Below are positions 1 through 10,031 of a stretch of 64,000 nucleotides of DNA, in pieces (positions within the stretch are counted from its first letter, which is position 1; each line of letters opens with the position of its first letter). Location: contig CAWDVE010000013.1 in the NCBI GenBank assembly GCA_963805625.1, forward strand, positions 224,001-288,000. The letters are read 5' to 3'. This stretch comes from an uncultured Candidatus Rokubacteria bacterium. GTDB lineage: Bacteria; Methylomirabilota; Methylomirabilia; Rokubacteriales; DASRDR01. The notes below the pieces were generated by a model that was given only the letters and a program-made list of their open reading frames with translations, did not search any database and was not told where the DNA came from. Made by a program: the position numbers and the translations under genes.

Positions 1-913
1 GAAGGTCCTCCGCGAGCCGAACGAGCCGCTCGACGCTCTCGAGGGCCGACTTGAGGACGCGCCGGTACTCCTCGGGCGACCGGTCCGCACGGAGGCCCAC
101 CTCGAGCTCCCCGCGGAGAGCCGTCAGAGGCGTGCGGAGCTCGTGCGCCGCGTCGGCGGCGAATCGCCGCACCTGCACGAAGGCCGCCTCGAGCCGGACG
201 AGCATCGCGTTGAGGGTCTCCGCCAGGTGGTCGAGCTCGTCCCCGGCCCCGCGAACGGGGATCCGCTCGGTCAGATCCGCCGCGGTGATGCGCCGGGCGG
301 TCCGGGACATCGTCCCGACCGGGGAGAGGGCCCGGCGCGCCACGAGCGCCCCGCCCGCCGTGGCCAGGCCGAGTCCGAGCGGTATCAGGGCGAGCAGCGT
401 CCGGAGGTACTGGTTCAGCGCCTCGTACGTGCGCCGAAGCGGGATACCGACCTGGATCAGATTGACCAGACGCCCGTTCCGCATCACCGGCATCGTGAGC
501 ACGCGTACCGGCTCGCCCGACTCCGTCTGGACCGTCTCGAATGTCGGGAGTCCCCGCCTGGCGTTGGCCCGGGCCTCCACGGAGAACGGGAGCACCCGGG
601 ATCCGGCCGCGGGGGTCTCGGGATCGGTCACGCCTTCCGGATCGAGGAGCCGCAGGAACCTGTCGAAGAAGTCGGGGCCGAGGAGCGCGCGGAGCCTGGC
701 CTCCGAATCCGTCAACGCCGAGCCCCGAGGGTAGCCCGTGTCCCTCACCACCTGCGCGACGACCAGCAGCGTGCTGTCGACGTCACTCTGAAGCGTCCAG
801 CGAAGCGCGGCATAGGACAGCGCGCCGAACACGAGGAGGATCGCGAGGAGGACGCCGCCATACCAGAGCGTCAGCCGCGCGCGAAGGCCCAGCGCCTTCG
901 CCCGGGGACTCAC
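1..913 (-). CDS. Sensor histidine kinase, heavy-metal (CusS/CzcS-like) type; 3' part runs off the window
   Basis: GTG at 913 overlaps the response-regulator stop. Translation VSPRAKALGLRARLTLWYGGVLLAILLVFG gives a TM helix, then a second TM, a HAMP-like segment and the H-box FAADAAHELRTPLT. Confidence 0.85.
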   Translation of the reverse strand, partial: MSPRAKALGLRARLTLWYGGVLLAILLVFGALSYAALRWTLQSDVDSTLLVVAQVVRDTGYPRGSALTDSEARLRALLGPDFFDRFLRLLDPEGVTDPETPAAGSRVLPFSVEARANARRGLPTFETVQTESGEPVRVLTMPVMRNGRLVNLIQVGIPLRRTYEALNQYLRTLLALIPLGLGLATAGGALVARRALSPVGTMSRTARRITAADLTERIPVRGAGDELDHLAETLNAMLVRLEAAFVQVRRFAADAAHELRTPLTALRGELEVGLRADRSPEEYRRVLKSALESVERLVRLAEDL

Positions 914-1587
914 GGCTCGACCCGCAAGACGTACCCGGCGCCCCTCGTCGTGTGGAGCAGACGCACCTCGCCAGGGAGATCGATCTTCCGTCGGAGATAC
1001 CCGACGTACACGTCGATGACATTGCTCTCCGGATCGAAGTCGATGCCCCACACGTGCTCGGCGAGCAGGGGGCGGGTGAGCACCCGGCCCGCGTTGCGGA
1101 GGAAGTACTCCAGGAGGGCGTATTCCCGCGCAGTCAGCGAGATCGTGCGGTCCCCCCGCGTGACCTGGCGTGTCGCGGGATCCAGCCGGAGATCCAAGAG
1201 CTGGAGAACCGGGGGTCGCTGTGCGGCGCGGCGCCGAAGGAGGGCACGCACGCGCGCGAGGAACTCGTCGAACGCGAACGGCTTCGTGAGGTAGTCGTCC
1301 GCGCCCAGATCGAGGCCCGCGACCTTGTCGGGCACGCTGTCGCGAGCCGTCAGGAGCAGGACGGGCGCGGCCATGCGGTGGTCCCGCAGCGCGCGAAGGA
1401 CGGCGAACCCGTCCCGCTTCGGGAGCATGACGTCGAGCACGATCAAGTCGTAGGACGTGCCCCCGAGGGCCAGGTCGAGGGCCGCCGCCCCGTCCGTCGC
1501 GACGTCCACGGCATACCCTTCCTCTGCCAGCCCCTGGCGTATGAAGCTTGCGACCTTCCGCTCGTCCTCGACGACCAGGATGCGCAT
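910..1587 (-). CDS. OmpR/PhoB-family response regulator (CusR-like)
   Basis: MRILVVEDE, LDVMLP, GADDYLTKPF and the winged-helix end NVIDVYVGYLRRK...TTRGAGY. Confidence 0.95.
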   Translation of the reverse strand: MRILVVEDERKVASFIRQGLAEEGYAVDVATDGAAALDLALGGTSYDLIVLDVMLPKRDGFAVLRALRDHRMAAPVLLLTARDSVPDKVAGLDLGADDYLTKPFAFDEFLARVRALLRRRAAQRPPVLQLLDLRLDPATRQVTRGDRTISLTAREYALLEYFLRNAGRVLTRPLLAEHVWGIDFDPESNVIDVYVGYLRRKIDLPGEVRLLHTTRGAGYVLRVEP

Positions 1588-1763
1588 GGTGTCCGGATGG
1601 CCGGGCACGGCCGACCCCGGTCTCCGCGCTCCATTGTACGCACGGCGTCATGGGCCCCAGACTCCGGGCCACGACCCACGCCTGCCGATACCGAGTCGAG
1701 CGGCGCCCTGCTAGACTGAGGCGCTCGCGTCGACCCCCAGGCCCCACGCCCCGGAGGACACGA

Positions 1764-3215
1764 ATGGCCGGCTTCGCCGAATACGAAGCGTACGACGCCC
1801 TCGGTCTCGCGGACCTCGTCCGCCGCCGGAAGGTCACACCCACGGAGCTGCTGGACGCCGCGATCGCCCGAGTCGAGGCGCGGAACCCGACGGTGAACGC
1901 CGTGGTGTTTCCGCTGTACGACTACGCCCGGAAGGCGATCGCCGACGGCTTGCCCGACGGGCCGTTCCGAGGCGTTCCGTACCTCCTGAAGGACCTCACC
2001 GCGTCTCTGGCCGGGGTGCGGACGATGCGCGGATCGCGTTTCTTCGCGGACACGCCGCCCGCCGCCGCCGACAGCGAGCACGTCGCGCGACTCAAGCGCG
2101 CCGGGCTCGTCGTCTTCGGGCGGACGAGCACGTGCGAGCTCGGGCTCTCGCTGACCTGCGAGCCCCAGCTCTACGGTCCCACGAGGAATCCCTGGGACCC
2201 GACCCGCATCTCCGGCGGCTCGAGCGGCGGCGCCGCTGCGGCCACGGGCGCCCGCATCCTGCCGATGGCGCATGCGAGCGATGGCTTCGGGTCGATCCGC
2301 GCGCCAGCGGCCTGCTGCGGGCTGGTCGGGCTCAAGCCCACGCGCGCCCGGAACACGATGGCGCCCTATATGGGCGAGGGTCTGGGCGGACTCTCGACCG
2401 AGCACGCCGTGACGCTGACCGTCCGCGACTGCGCGGCGCTCCTCGACGCGACCGCGGGCCCGGGGGCGGGCGACCCGTACGCGGCCCCACCCCCCGCCAG
2501 GCCGTTCCTTGCCGAGGTGGGCGCCGCGCCCCGCCGCCTCCGGATCGCGTGGACGCTGCGCACGCCGAACGGCGCGCCCGTCGATCCCGCGTGCACGGCG
2601 CTCGTCCGGGAGATCGCCGCGCTCTGCGCCGACCTCGGCCACCACGTGGCCGAGGCGGATCCCGACATCGACCGCGACGCGGTCGTCCCCACCTTCCTGA
2701 CGATCGCGACCGCCAACTCGGCGGTGAACGTCCGGAGTCACCCGACAGCGGGCCGGCCGCCCCGCCGCGGTGAGGTCGAGAACGTCACCTTCGACACGGC
2801 AGCGCGCGGAGAGCACGTCGCGGCCCAGGACTACGTCCGGGCCACCCAGGCCGCTCACCGGCTCGGCCGCCAGATGGCCGCCTTCCACCAGAGCTACGAC
2901 GTCTTGCTCACCCCGGGGCTCGCGACGCCGGGCGCCGTTAAGCTGGGGTGGATCGACATGATGCTCGAGGAGGTGGACGAGTATTGGCGGCGGGTATTTA
3001 CGTTCTCGCCATTCACCGTGTGGTTCAACATCACGGGCCAGCCCGCGATCATGCTTCCCGTGGGCCAGGTGGAAACGGCCGGTGCGCCGCGCGGCCTGCC
3101 GCTGGCGGTCCAGCTCGCGGCACGCTTCGGCGACGAGGCGACGCTCTTCCGGCTGTCAGCACAGCTCGAAGGCGCGCGCCCCTGGTTCGACCGGAAGCCC
3201 GCCCTGGCTGGCTGA
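1764..3215 (+). CDS. Amidase (amidase-signature family)
   Basis: GGSSGG and [11 protein letters not shown] signature motifs, Lys in LLKDL. ATG at 1764 follows a GGAGG RBS. Confidence 0.93.
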   Translation: MAGFAEYEAYDALGLADLVRRRKVTPTELLDAAIARVEARNPTVNAVVFPLYDYARKAIADGLPDGPFRGVPYLLKDLTASLAGVRTMRGSRFFADTPPAAADSEHVARLKRAGLVVFGRTSTCELGLSLTCEPQLYGPTRNPWDPTRISGGSSGGAAAATGARILPMAHASDGFGSIRAPAACCGLVGLKPTRARNTMAPYMGEGLGGLSTEHAVTLTVRDCAALLDATAGPGAGDPYAAPPPARPFLAEVGAAPRRLRIAWTLRTPNGAPVDPACTALVREIAALCADLGHHVAEADPDIDRDAVVPTFLTIATANSAVNVRSHPTAGRPPRRGEVENVTFDTAARGEHVAAQDYVRATQAAHRLGRQMAAFHQSYDVLLTPGLATPGAVKLGWIDMMLEEVDEYWRRVFTFSPFTVWFNITGQPAIMLPVGQVETAGAPRGLPLAVQLAARFGDEATLFRLSAQLEGARPWFDRKPALAG

Positions 3216-3293
3216 GCGAGGGACCTCGGGCACGCTTGGACCCGGGCGCTCCGAGGGCTCCGTCGGTCCTGACCGGACCGGGGTGAGCCAGCC

Positions 3294-4403
3294 CTACCGG
3301 CGCCGGAACAGCAGCACGGTGGCGATGCCTGCCGCTCCGAGCGTGGCGTAGAGGAGTCCCGGCGAGCCGGTCGCGAGCAGTGTGGTGGCGGCCAGCGGAC
3401 CAAGGAAGCCCGACCCCACGCGCGCCGCATTGATGATCCCGATCGCGCTGGCATCGGCGCGCCGCGCGACCTGCGCGACCATCAGCGGGAAGAACGGAGC
3501 GATCGCCAGGGACTGTACCCCGCGCAACACGACGAAGGCCCAGAAGGAACGCGTGCTGCCGAGCAGCACCAGCGCGATCGACGACGCCACCAGCAGTCCC
3601 GCCAGGAGGCGCCGCTCCGAGATCTGCTCGGCGAGGACCGGCGCCGCCAGGCCACCCACGGCCGCCGCCGCGCCGGCGACGAAGATCAGGAGGCCGCTCG
3701 CCTCCACCAGGTCGTCCATGCCCACGCCGAGTCCCGGCAGCACCCTGGGGAGGACCGCCGCCAGGAACGTTTCCTGGGACGAAGCCACGAGGACCAGAGC
3801 CGCCACGAGGGTGATGTCCCGGGTCAGCATCCGCCGGCTCGCGCCGGCCTCGTGCGGCACCGCGGAAGGGCTCGGCATGCCCCATTGGAGGAGCGACGCC
3901 GAGATCACCAGCACCATCGCGCCGATGAGGTAGGTCAGCCGGAACCCGAGCCGCGCGGCCGCGACGGCTCCCGGCAACGGCCCCACGAGGGTACCGAGGA
4001 CCAGGGCCGACTGGATCGCCGCCAGGCGACGTCGCATGACTGTCGGGTCCGACTCCCGGCCGGCGATGACGAAGGCCAGTGTGGAGAACGATCCGACGGT
4101 GCCGAGCAGGAGGCGCGCGATGAGGAGCTCGATGACCGAGTGAGCCATGGCCGTGGCCAAAAAGCCCAGCCCCTGGAGCGTCTGGACGAGGACGCACACG
4201 GCCTTGGGGTCCGTCCGCTCCCCGTAGCGCGCCCAGATCGGCCCCGTCACCACCGCCGCCAGCGACGGGACGCCGAGGATCCAGCCCGTCCAGGCGAGCG
4301 TCCCCGCCGGCCCGGACGTGCTCAGTCGCTCGACCTGGAAGGGCAGCGCCACGAACACGAAGCTCCACGCGAGGGAGCCCAGGAAGGTGACCGCGATCAG
4401 CAC
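3294..4403 (-). CDS. MFS transporter
   Basis: About 11-12 hydrophobic segments, WARYGER loop, ARLLLG and GPLPG motifs. The start abuts an inverted-repeat element. Confidence 0.85.
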   Translation of the reverse strand: MLIAVTFLGSLAWSFVFVALPFQVERLSTSGPAGTLAWTGWILGVPSLAAVVTGPIWARYGERTDPKAVCVLVQTLQGLGFLATAMAHSVIELLIARLLLGTVGSFSTLAFVIAGRESDPTVMRRRLAAIQSALVLGTLVGPLPGAVAAARLGFRLTYLIGAMVLVISASLLQWGMPSPSAVPHEAGASRRMLTRDITLVAALVLVASSQETFLAAVLPRVLPGLGVGMDDLVEASGLLIFVAGAAAAVGGLAAPVLAEQISERRLLAGLLVASSIALVLLGSTRSFWAFVVLRGVQSLAIAPFFPLMVAQVARRADASAIGIINAARVGSGFLGPLAATTLLATGSPGLLYATLGAAGIATVLLFRRR

Positions 4404-4541
4404 GGGGTCAGACTTTGACTTCTAAACAATCAGCGTGGGTCAGGCTTTGACTGCTGGGCAATTCCGGTTCCGACCCGCTCGGGACCCGGGGCCCCGGAGC
4501 ACGCCCAACCAGGAACGTTCAGAAGTCAAAGTCTGACCCCG
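4403..4541. repeat. 139-bp element with perfect 21-bp terminal inverted repeats (MITE/REP-like)
   Basis: CGGGGTCAGACTTTGACTTCT (4403-4423) is the exact reverse complement of 4521-4541. A third, degenerate copy GGGTCAGGCTTTGACTGCT lies at 4437-4455. Confidence 0.75.
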
Positions 4542-5543
4542 CTACGGCCAGAGCGGGAGGCCGGTTAGTCCCGCCGTCTCCGGCTGACCCGTCATGAGGT
4601 TCGCGTTCTGGACGGCCTGGCCCGCAGCGCCCTTGCCGAGGTTGTCCAGGGCGGCGATGGCCAGCGCGAGGCCCGTCTCCCGGTTGACCGCATAGGCCAC
4701 GAAGACCACGTTCGATCCGGTCGTCCACTTGGTCCGGGGACTCCGGCCGCCCTCTATCCGCACCACCCGGACAAACGGCTCGTCGCCGTACACGGCCCGG
4801 GCGGCTTCCTCGAGCCGGGCCGCGGTCACGACGCCCCGCGGCCGCGCGTAGCAGGTCGCGAGGATCCCGCGCGTCATCGGGACCAGGTGCGGGGTAAAGG
4901 CGAGCGTGGCCCGCCGGCCGCCGAGCCGCGTCAGGGCCTCCTGCATCTCCGCCGCGTGGGGATGGTCGGCAAGGCCGTAGGCCAGCACGTCCTCGTTGGT
5001 CTCGGCGTAACCGAACCCGCCCGCCCCACCGCCGCGGCCGGCGCCGCTCACGCCCGTCTTGGCGTCGATCACGAGGCCCTCCGGCTCCACCAGCCCCTCG
5101 GCGACGAGCGGCGCCAGCGCCAGCAGCGCCGCCACCGGATAGCAGCCCGGGTCCGCGACGCGGGATGACCGCGCGACGGCGGCGCGAGTGCCCGGCAGCT
5201 CGGTCAGCCCGTAGGTCCAGCCGTCGACGAAGCGGTGGTCTCCGCCCACGTCGACGACCTTCACGTCCCGCGGAACCCGCGCGAGCGGCTCGCGCGACTT
5301 GCCCGTCGGCAGCGAGGCGAAGAGAACATCGACGCCGTGGAGCTCCTCGGGGACGAACGGCTGAATGACGAGACTGCCCGTCGGGTGCCCGGCCAGAGCC
5401 GGGAACTGCTGAGAGAGCCTCTGGCCCGCCGTGGTCTCACCGCTCGCGTAGACGACCTCGAACGCCGGATGGCCCACGCAGAGTCGCAGGAGCTCGCTCC
5501 CGCCGTACCCGCTCACCCCGACGATGCCGACCCGCGCCCCCAT
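4542..5543 (-). CDS. argC: N-acetyl-gamma-glutamyl-phosphate reductase
   Basis: GVSGYGG, catalytic PGCY, DAKTGVSGAGR, FTPHLVPMTRGI, DNLGKGAAGQAVQN. Confidence 0.95.
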   Translation of the reverse strand: MGARVGIVGVSGYGGSELLRLCVGHPAFEVVYASGETTAGQRLSQQFPALAGHPTGSLVIQPFVPEELHGVDVLFASLPTGKSREPLARVPRDVKVVDVGGDHRFVDGWTYGLTELPGTRAAVARSSRVADPGCYPVAALLALAPLVAEGLVEPEGLVIDAKTGVSGAGRGGGAGGFGYAETNEDVLAYGLADHPHAAEMQEALTRLGGRRATLAFTPHLVPMTRGILATCYARPRGVVTAARLEEAARAVYGDEPFVRVVRIEGGRSPRTKWTTGSNVVFVAYAVNRETGLALAIAALDNLGKGAAGQAVQNANLMTGQPETAGLTGLPLWP

Positions 5544-5678
5544 GGTCCTCTCCTCCTGACGAGCACCCATGGTAACGGCAGCCCCGCGGCGAGGCAATCA
5601 GGAAGCCGCTATACTGGGCGGGCGCGGGCCTGCCGACCCGCCGCGTTCACCGCTCGGCCACCGACACGAGGACACGCC

Positions 5679-6587
5679 ATGCAGATCGGGCTCTGCCTTC
5701 CCCACTTCGGCCGCCCTCTCGAGACGAGCCGCCTCCTCCAGGTGGCGCAGCGGGCGGACGCCCGGGGCCTGGACTCCCTCTGGGTGACCGACCACGTCAT
5801 CGTGCCGAAGGACGTCTACATCATCTACCGAGAGGACATGCTCGACCCCCTCGCGGTGCTGCCGTGGCTCGCGGGCGTCACCGAGCGGATCATGCTGGGG
5901 AGCAGCGTGATCATCCTCCCCTACCGGTCCCCGCTGCCCGTGGCCAAGCTCCTGGCCAGCGTCGACGCGCTCTCGGGCGGCCGCCTGATCTTCGGCGCAG
6001 GCGTCGGCTGGATGGAGGGCGAGTTCGCGGCGCTCGGCGTGCCCTTCAACGAGCGCGGCAGCCGGACCGACGAGGCGCTCGAGCTCTTCCAGAAGGTGTG
6101 GACGGAACGTGAGCCCGAGATCGATACGCGGCGTCACCGGCTCCACGGACTGGTCGCCTCGCCGATGCCGCTCCAGCGCCCGCGGCCCCCGATCTGGATC
6201 GGGGGCGCCAGCGAGGGCGCGTACCGCCGCGTGGCGCGCTTCGGCGAGGGCTGGCACTCGACCGCCGCGACACCGGAGGCGTTCCGCCAGGGTGCCGATG
6301 CCGTCCGGCGCTTCTGGACCGACGCCGGCCGTCAGGGCGCTCCGGTGCTCTCCCTCCGGATCCCCTTCTGGCTCGACGAGATCCACCGGCCCGGATCGGA
6401 CATGGGCTATCTCCGCGGCCGCCCCGCGATCCACGGCACCACGCGGCAGATCGTCGAGGCGCTTCGCGAGTTCGCCGCACTCGGCGTGAGCCACGTGGCC
6501 CTCGACGTGTCGCTGACGACATATCCGGCGATCCTCGAGACGATCGACGTCCTCGCCCGAGAGGTTCGGCCAGCGCTCGGCGGATGA
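5679..6587 (+). CDS. LLM-class (probably F420-dependent) oxidoreductase
   Basis: DSLWVTDH, LPYRSP, SGGRLIFGAGVGW and PPIWIGG motifs. Confidence 0.9.
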   Translation: MQIGLCLPHFGRPLETSRLLQVAQRADARGLDSLWVTDHVIVPKDVYIIYREDMLDPLAVLPWLAGVTERIMLGSSVIILPYRSPLPVAKLLASVDALSGGRLIFGAGVGWMEGEFAALGVPFNERGSRTDEALELFQKVWTEREPEIDTRRHRLHGLVASPMPLQRPRPPIWIGGASEGAYRRVARFGEGWHSTAATPEAFRQGADAVRRFWTDAGRQGAPVLSLRIPFWLDEIHRPGSDMGYLRGRPAIHGTTRQIVEALREFAALGVSHVALDVSLTTYPAILETIDVLAREVRPALGG

Positions 6588-7993
6588 CGACGAATCACCT
6601 GGCGTCCGGACGCGCGCACGTCGTGGGCCGGCTCCTTCCCCACACCCGCATCGCCGCCGCGCAGCTGCTCCTCGTGGTGGCGGTCGCGACCGGCCCCGCG
6701 ACGGCCGGCGCCCAGGTGTTCCTGGCGACCCGCCCGAATCCCGAGTTCGAGGTCGGGCCGCTCTTCATCCGGGCGAGCGTCGGGCCCGCGCTTGGCCCGG
6801 TGACGGTAGACGTGTTGTGGAGCCTCGCGGTGCCGCCCACGCGCAGCGCCCTCGGTCTCGAGCAGGACATCTACCTGCTCTGGCCCGCCGAGCTCCGCGG
6901 GGAGGAGAAGCGTGCTGGCGACGCCGCGCTCGGCGAGTACGTCCGCAGCCGAGGCTTCACGGTGACGGGCGAGGGTCGGCTTCCGCTCTTCGTCGAGGAG
7001 CTCTACCCCGCGCCCGGGGCGACGTCGCCCGCCCGCGAGATCGGCACCGCACCCTTCGTGTCGTTCCGCCAGGTCGGTCTCGAGGCCCTGGGGGTCCAGC
7101 CCACCGCTTCCATGATCCGGATCCCGTGGACACCCGATCTCGTGAACCGCGTCCGCCTCATGAAGCTCCGACTGCGATTCGATGGCGCCATGAGGCACAA
7201 GCCCGCCATCTGGATCGAGGATCTCGTCCGGGGGCCACGCCACGTCCTCGCGCTGAGCTTCAACGACGTCCGGAATCCGGCGCTCTTCCCCCTCTACCTG
7301 GAGAATCGCGCCCGGGCCCTCGAGCTCGCGAGCGAGCCGTCACAGATGCTCGTGCGCTTTGGGGACGCGAAACACCTCCGCATCGACGAGATCTACCCTC
7401 GCGCAGGTACCCACGAGCCGACCGACGGGGCGCCGGGCAGCGAGACCGTCTCCGTCTTCCTGGACACCTCGGAGGGCTCGCTACCTCAGCTGCTCACCAT
7501 CCAGTTCGGATACACCTCGGGACTCCAGGCCTGGATCCCGATCGTCATTCCGCTCGTCTTCTTCCTGCTCGGTCGCTCGGCCGGCCCGATCATCGAGCGG
7601 GTTGTGCGGGCGGTCGGCCACCGCGTGTCCGCCCGCCTGCGTTTCGGGCGCGGCGCCAAGCCCGCCGGTCGGGCGGAGGGCGCGTTCCTCTCGCGCGAGA
7701 CTCTCGCACGGATCGTACCCGGGCGGACCACGCGCGAGGAAGTGCTCGCGCTGTGCGGCCATAAGACCCTCGAGGAGCAGGAACGGCTCGGCGCCCCGGA
7801 CCGGCATACCCTCGTGTACCGAGGCCGCCGGATCGTGCCGAGGCAGGAGCGGCGGCTCCTGTGGTTCGTCTCGAGGGTCGGTGACTGGGAGCTCGAGGAG
7901 CAGCAGGTCGAGATCGCCCTCGAGCAGAACGTGGTGCAGGACGTCCAGGCGCGGGTCCGCCGGGCGCGCCTCCCCCACCCCAACGCGGCTTGA
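6584..7993 (+). CDS. Hypothetical membrane-anchored protein (signal peptide, large exported domain, TM helix, C-terminal SmpA/OmlA-like motif)
   Basis: 469-aa ORF with ATGA overlap to the upstream gene. AGA-QVF cleavage-like site, TM WIPIVIPLVFFLLG, motif IVPGRTTREEVLALCG. Confidence 0.7.
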   Translation: MTTNHLASGRAHVVGRLLPHTRIAAAQLLLVVAVATGPATAGAQVFLATRPNPEFEVGPLFIRASVGPALGPVTVDVLWSLAVPPTRSALGLEQDIYLLWPAELRGEEKRAGDAALGEYVRSRGFTVTGEGRLPLFVEELYPAPGATSPAREIGTAPFVSFRQVGLEALGVQPTASMIRIPWTPDLVNRVRLMKLRLRFDGAMRHKPAIWIEDLVRGPRHVLALSFNDVRNPALFPLYLENRARALELASEPSQMLVRFGDAKHLRIDEIYPRAGTHEPTDGAPGSETVSVFLDTSEGSLPQLLTIQFGYTSGLQAWIPIVIPLVFFLLGRSAGPIIERVVRAVGHRVSARLRFGRGAKPAGRAEGAFLSRETLARIVPGRTTREEVLALCGHKTLEEQERLGAPDRHTLVYRGRRIVPRQERRLLWFVSRVGDWELEEQQVEIALEQNVVQDVQARVRRARLPHPNAA

Positions 7994-8052
7994 CCCGAGC
8001 CGCCGCGGCTGGCCTGCGCCGGACGCGGATCGCTGCCTCTCCGAGCGCTACG

Positions 8053-8634
8053 CTACGCCTTCGGCTTGACCCAGGTCTCCGACCAGGCGAGGCACGCGCT
8101 CGACGACTGCCGGTCGCCTCGAGTCTCGGGCCAGACGCTCCCCGACGCGACCTGCCCGTTGAGCGTCACCTGGGCCGACCGGGCCGGGAAGAACGTGCTG
8201 AACACCCCGATCGGCCGGTTCGCGGACCCGGGTGGCATCGTGAGTACGAACGGGTCGTAGAAGTCGTACCAGGCGAGGACGATCTCGTCGTCGGCCGAGA
8301 CGACGCGCTCGGTCGCCACCCCGCGCGGGTCCCCGTCTCGCTCGAAGGACGCCTCGATCACCGGCAGCGTCGGGTCCGCCGTGGGCGGGAACAGGATCGA
8401 CTCGATCTCGCGCTGGAGCCAGCGCGTCATGGCGATGTTGTCGCTGTAGATCCGCGGCTTGCCCCCGGTCAGCTCCGCCTGGACGAGGAGCACGTGACCC
8501 GGGCCCGCCGGGCACCACAGCACGCGCCAGTGGCTCCAGCGGTCGGCCAGAGTCTTGCCGCCGTCGTGGCTCAGGCGGACGAAGGAGTTCTCACCGGTCA
8601 TCAGGACGTCGTTCGGGTCCACCGGAGTGGTCAT
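8053..8634 (-). CDS. Hypothetical protein (193 aa)
   Basis: ATG after a GAGGAG RBS; protein-like composition (MTTPVDPNDVLMTGENSFVRL...CLAWSETW). Confidence 0.75.
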   Translation of the reverse strand: MTTPVDPNDVLMTGENSFVRLSHDGGKTLADRWSHWRVLWCPAGPGHVLLVQAELTGGKPRIYSDNIAMTRWLQREIESILFPPTADPTLPVIEASFERDGDPRGVATERVVSADDEIVLAWYDFYDPFVLTMPPGSANRPIGVFSTFFPARSAQVTLNGQVASGSVWPETRGDRQSSSACLAWSETWVKPKA

Positions 8635-8731
8635 GTTGCGCTCCTCGTGAGTGAGTCTCGGATGAGAGTGACGGTCTCGTGCCGATCCCGGACGACGACC
8701 GGGACGTATCGTAGCACGGCCCCCGCGCGCG

Positions 8732-9958
8732 TCAGATCGGCCGCCTGGCCGCCGTGCCGGCCAGCGCGGTCGCGACCGCCCCGAGGACGCACGCCCCCGC
8801 GGCGACCGCGAAGACGGCACTCGTCCGGCCCGTGACGTCGATGACCGCGCCCGTGACGACGTCGCCGAGCGCCGCCATCCCGTACCCGACGCCGTTCATG
8901 AACCCGACGCCTGCGCCGACGCTCCGGGGGCCGAGGAGCTCCGCCCCCAGCACGGTGAACGAGGGGAACGGGCCGAACACGAGAAACCCGGCGGCGAAGA
9001 GCAGCACGAGACTGCGGGCATCTGGCGGGACGCCCATGAGCCCGAGCGTCGCCCCCGCCGCGAGGACGAGACACAGCACGATCAGCCGGGAATGGTTGCC
9101 GCCGAGGAAGCGGTCGACGGCGTCTCCCCCGGCGAGGGCCCCGAGGGCCATCCCCACCGGCAGGGCCAGCGGGATCCACGCGACCCCCGGACTCGCCGCA
9201 CTTCCGGTGCCCAGCAGGTGCGACGGCACCCACACGAGGAGACCGAGGCGGGCCCAGTTCGCGAAGCCGAATCCGAGTGACGCGAAGAGGAACGCGCGGT
9301 TCGAGAAGGCGGCGCGGAGACGGGCGCCGAGGGACGCAGTCGCCTCACCGGCCACGCTGGCGGGACGCGGCAGGGGGCCAGACTCGCCATCCTCCGCCCG
9401 CGGCGGGAGGCCGAGATCCTCAGGGCGATCCCGCGCGAACAGCCAGACCACCGCCGCACCCCCGAGGAGCAGGAGGACCGGGAGCCGCAGGACCCAGCGC
9501 CACGAGAGCCACGTGAGGACGAGCGCCGCCGCTCCGAACGTCACCACCGACGAGAAGCCGGCCGCGAAATTGAAGACGCCGAACGCCCAGCCGCGCTCGC
9601 GCGGCGCCCACCAGGCGGCGATGAGGCGGCTTGCCGGCGCGAAGCCCATCGACTGCGCGGGGCCGTTCAGGGCCCAGGGAATCGCGAGGCTCCAGAAGTC
9701 GCCGCCGAAGCTCGTGAGCCAGTTCAGGGCGCACGAGCTCACGGCACCGAGCGCGACCAGGCGCCGGCCGCCCACGCGATCCGCGAAGTGCCCACTCACG
9801 AGCTGTCCGGCCCCATAGAGGATCAGGCCGGCGCCGCTGATCCAGCCGATCTCGGTGGCGCTCAGTCCCAGCTCGGCCCGGAGCCCCGGAATCGCCCAGC
9901 CGAGGTTCTGCCGGCCGGTGTAGTAGACGAGATAGCACACGCTCGTCGCGAGGAGCAC
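8732..9958 (-). CDS. MFS transporter, OPA (GlpT/UhpT-like) family; start may lie further upstream
   Basis: YLVYYTGRQN, GHFADRVGGR and AWWAPRERG motifs. The frame stays open upstream through FRRAQRR. Confidence 0.85.
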   Translation of the reverse strand: MLLATSVCYLVYYTGRQNLGWAIPGLRAELGLSATEIGWISGAGLILYGAGQLVSGHFADRVGGRRLVALGAVSSCALNWLTSFGGDFWSLAIPWALNGPAQSMGFAPASRLIAAWWAPRERGWAFGVFNFAAGFSSVVTFGAAALVLTWLSWRWVLRLPVLLLLGGAAVVWLFARDRPEDLGLPPRAEDGESGPLPRPASVAGEATASLGARLRAAFSNRAFLFASLGFGFANWARLGLLVWVPSHLLGTGSAASPGVAWIPLALPVGMALGALAGGDAVDRFLGGNHSRLIVLCLVLAAGATLGLMGVPPDARSLVLLFAAGFLVFGPFPSFTVLGAELLGPRSVGAGVGFMNGVGYGMAALGDVVTGAVIDVTGRTSAVFAVAAGACVLGAVATALAGTAARRPI

Positions 9959-10031
9959 CCGCCGCTGCGCGCGGCGGAACGCGGGGGACGCCGGCTCGGG
10001 CGAGCCTACGCGGGAGCTCCGGACCGTGGGC

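Noticed and set aside
143-1294. Long plus-strand ORFs over the two-component genes
   Set aside because: Antisense shadow ORFs typical of high-GC DNA; the minus strand carries the recognisable proteins.
5532-5570. Repeated MGAR coding segment upstream of argC
   Set aside because: The nucleotide match is weak, and the downstream ATG has the RBS.
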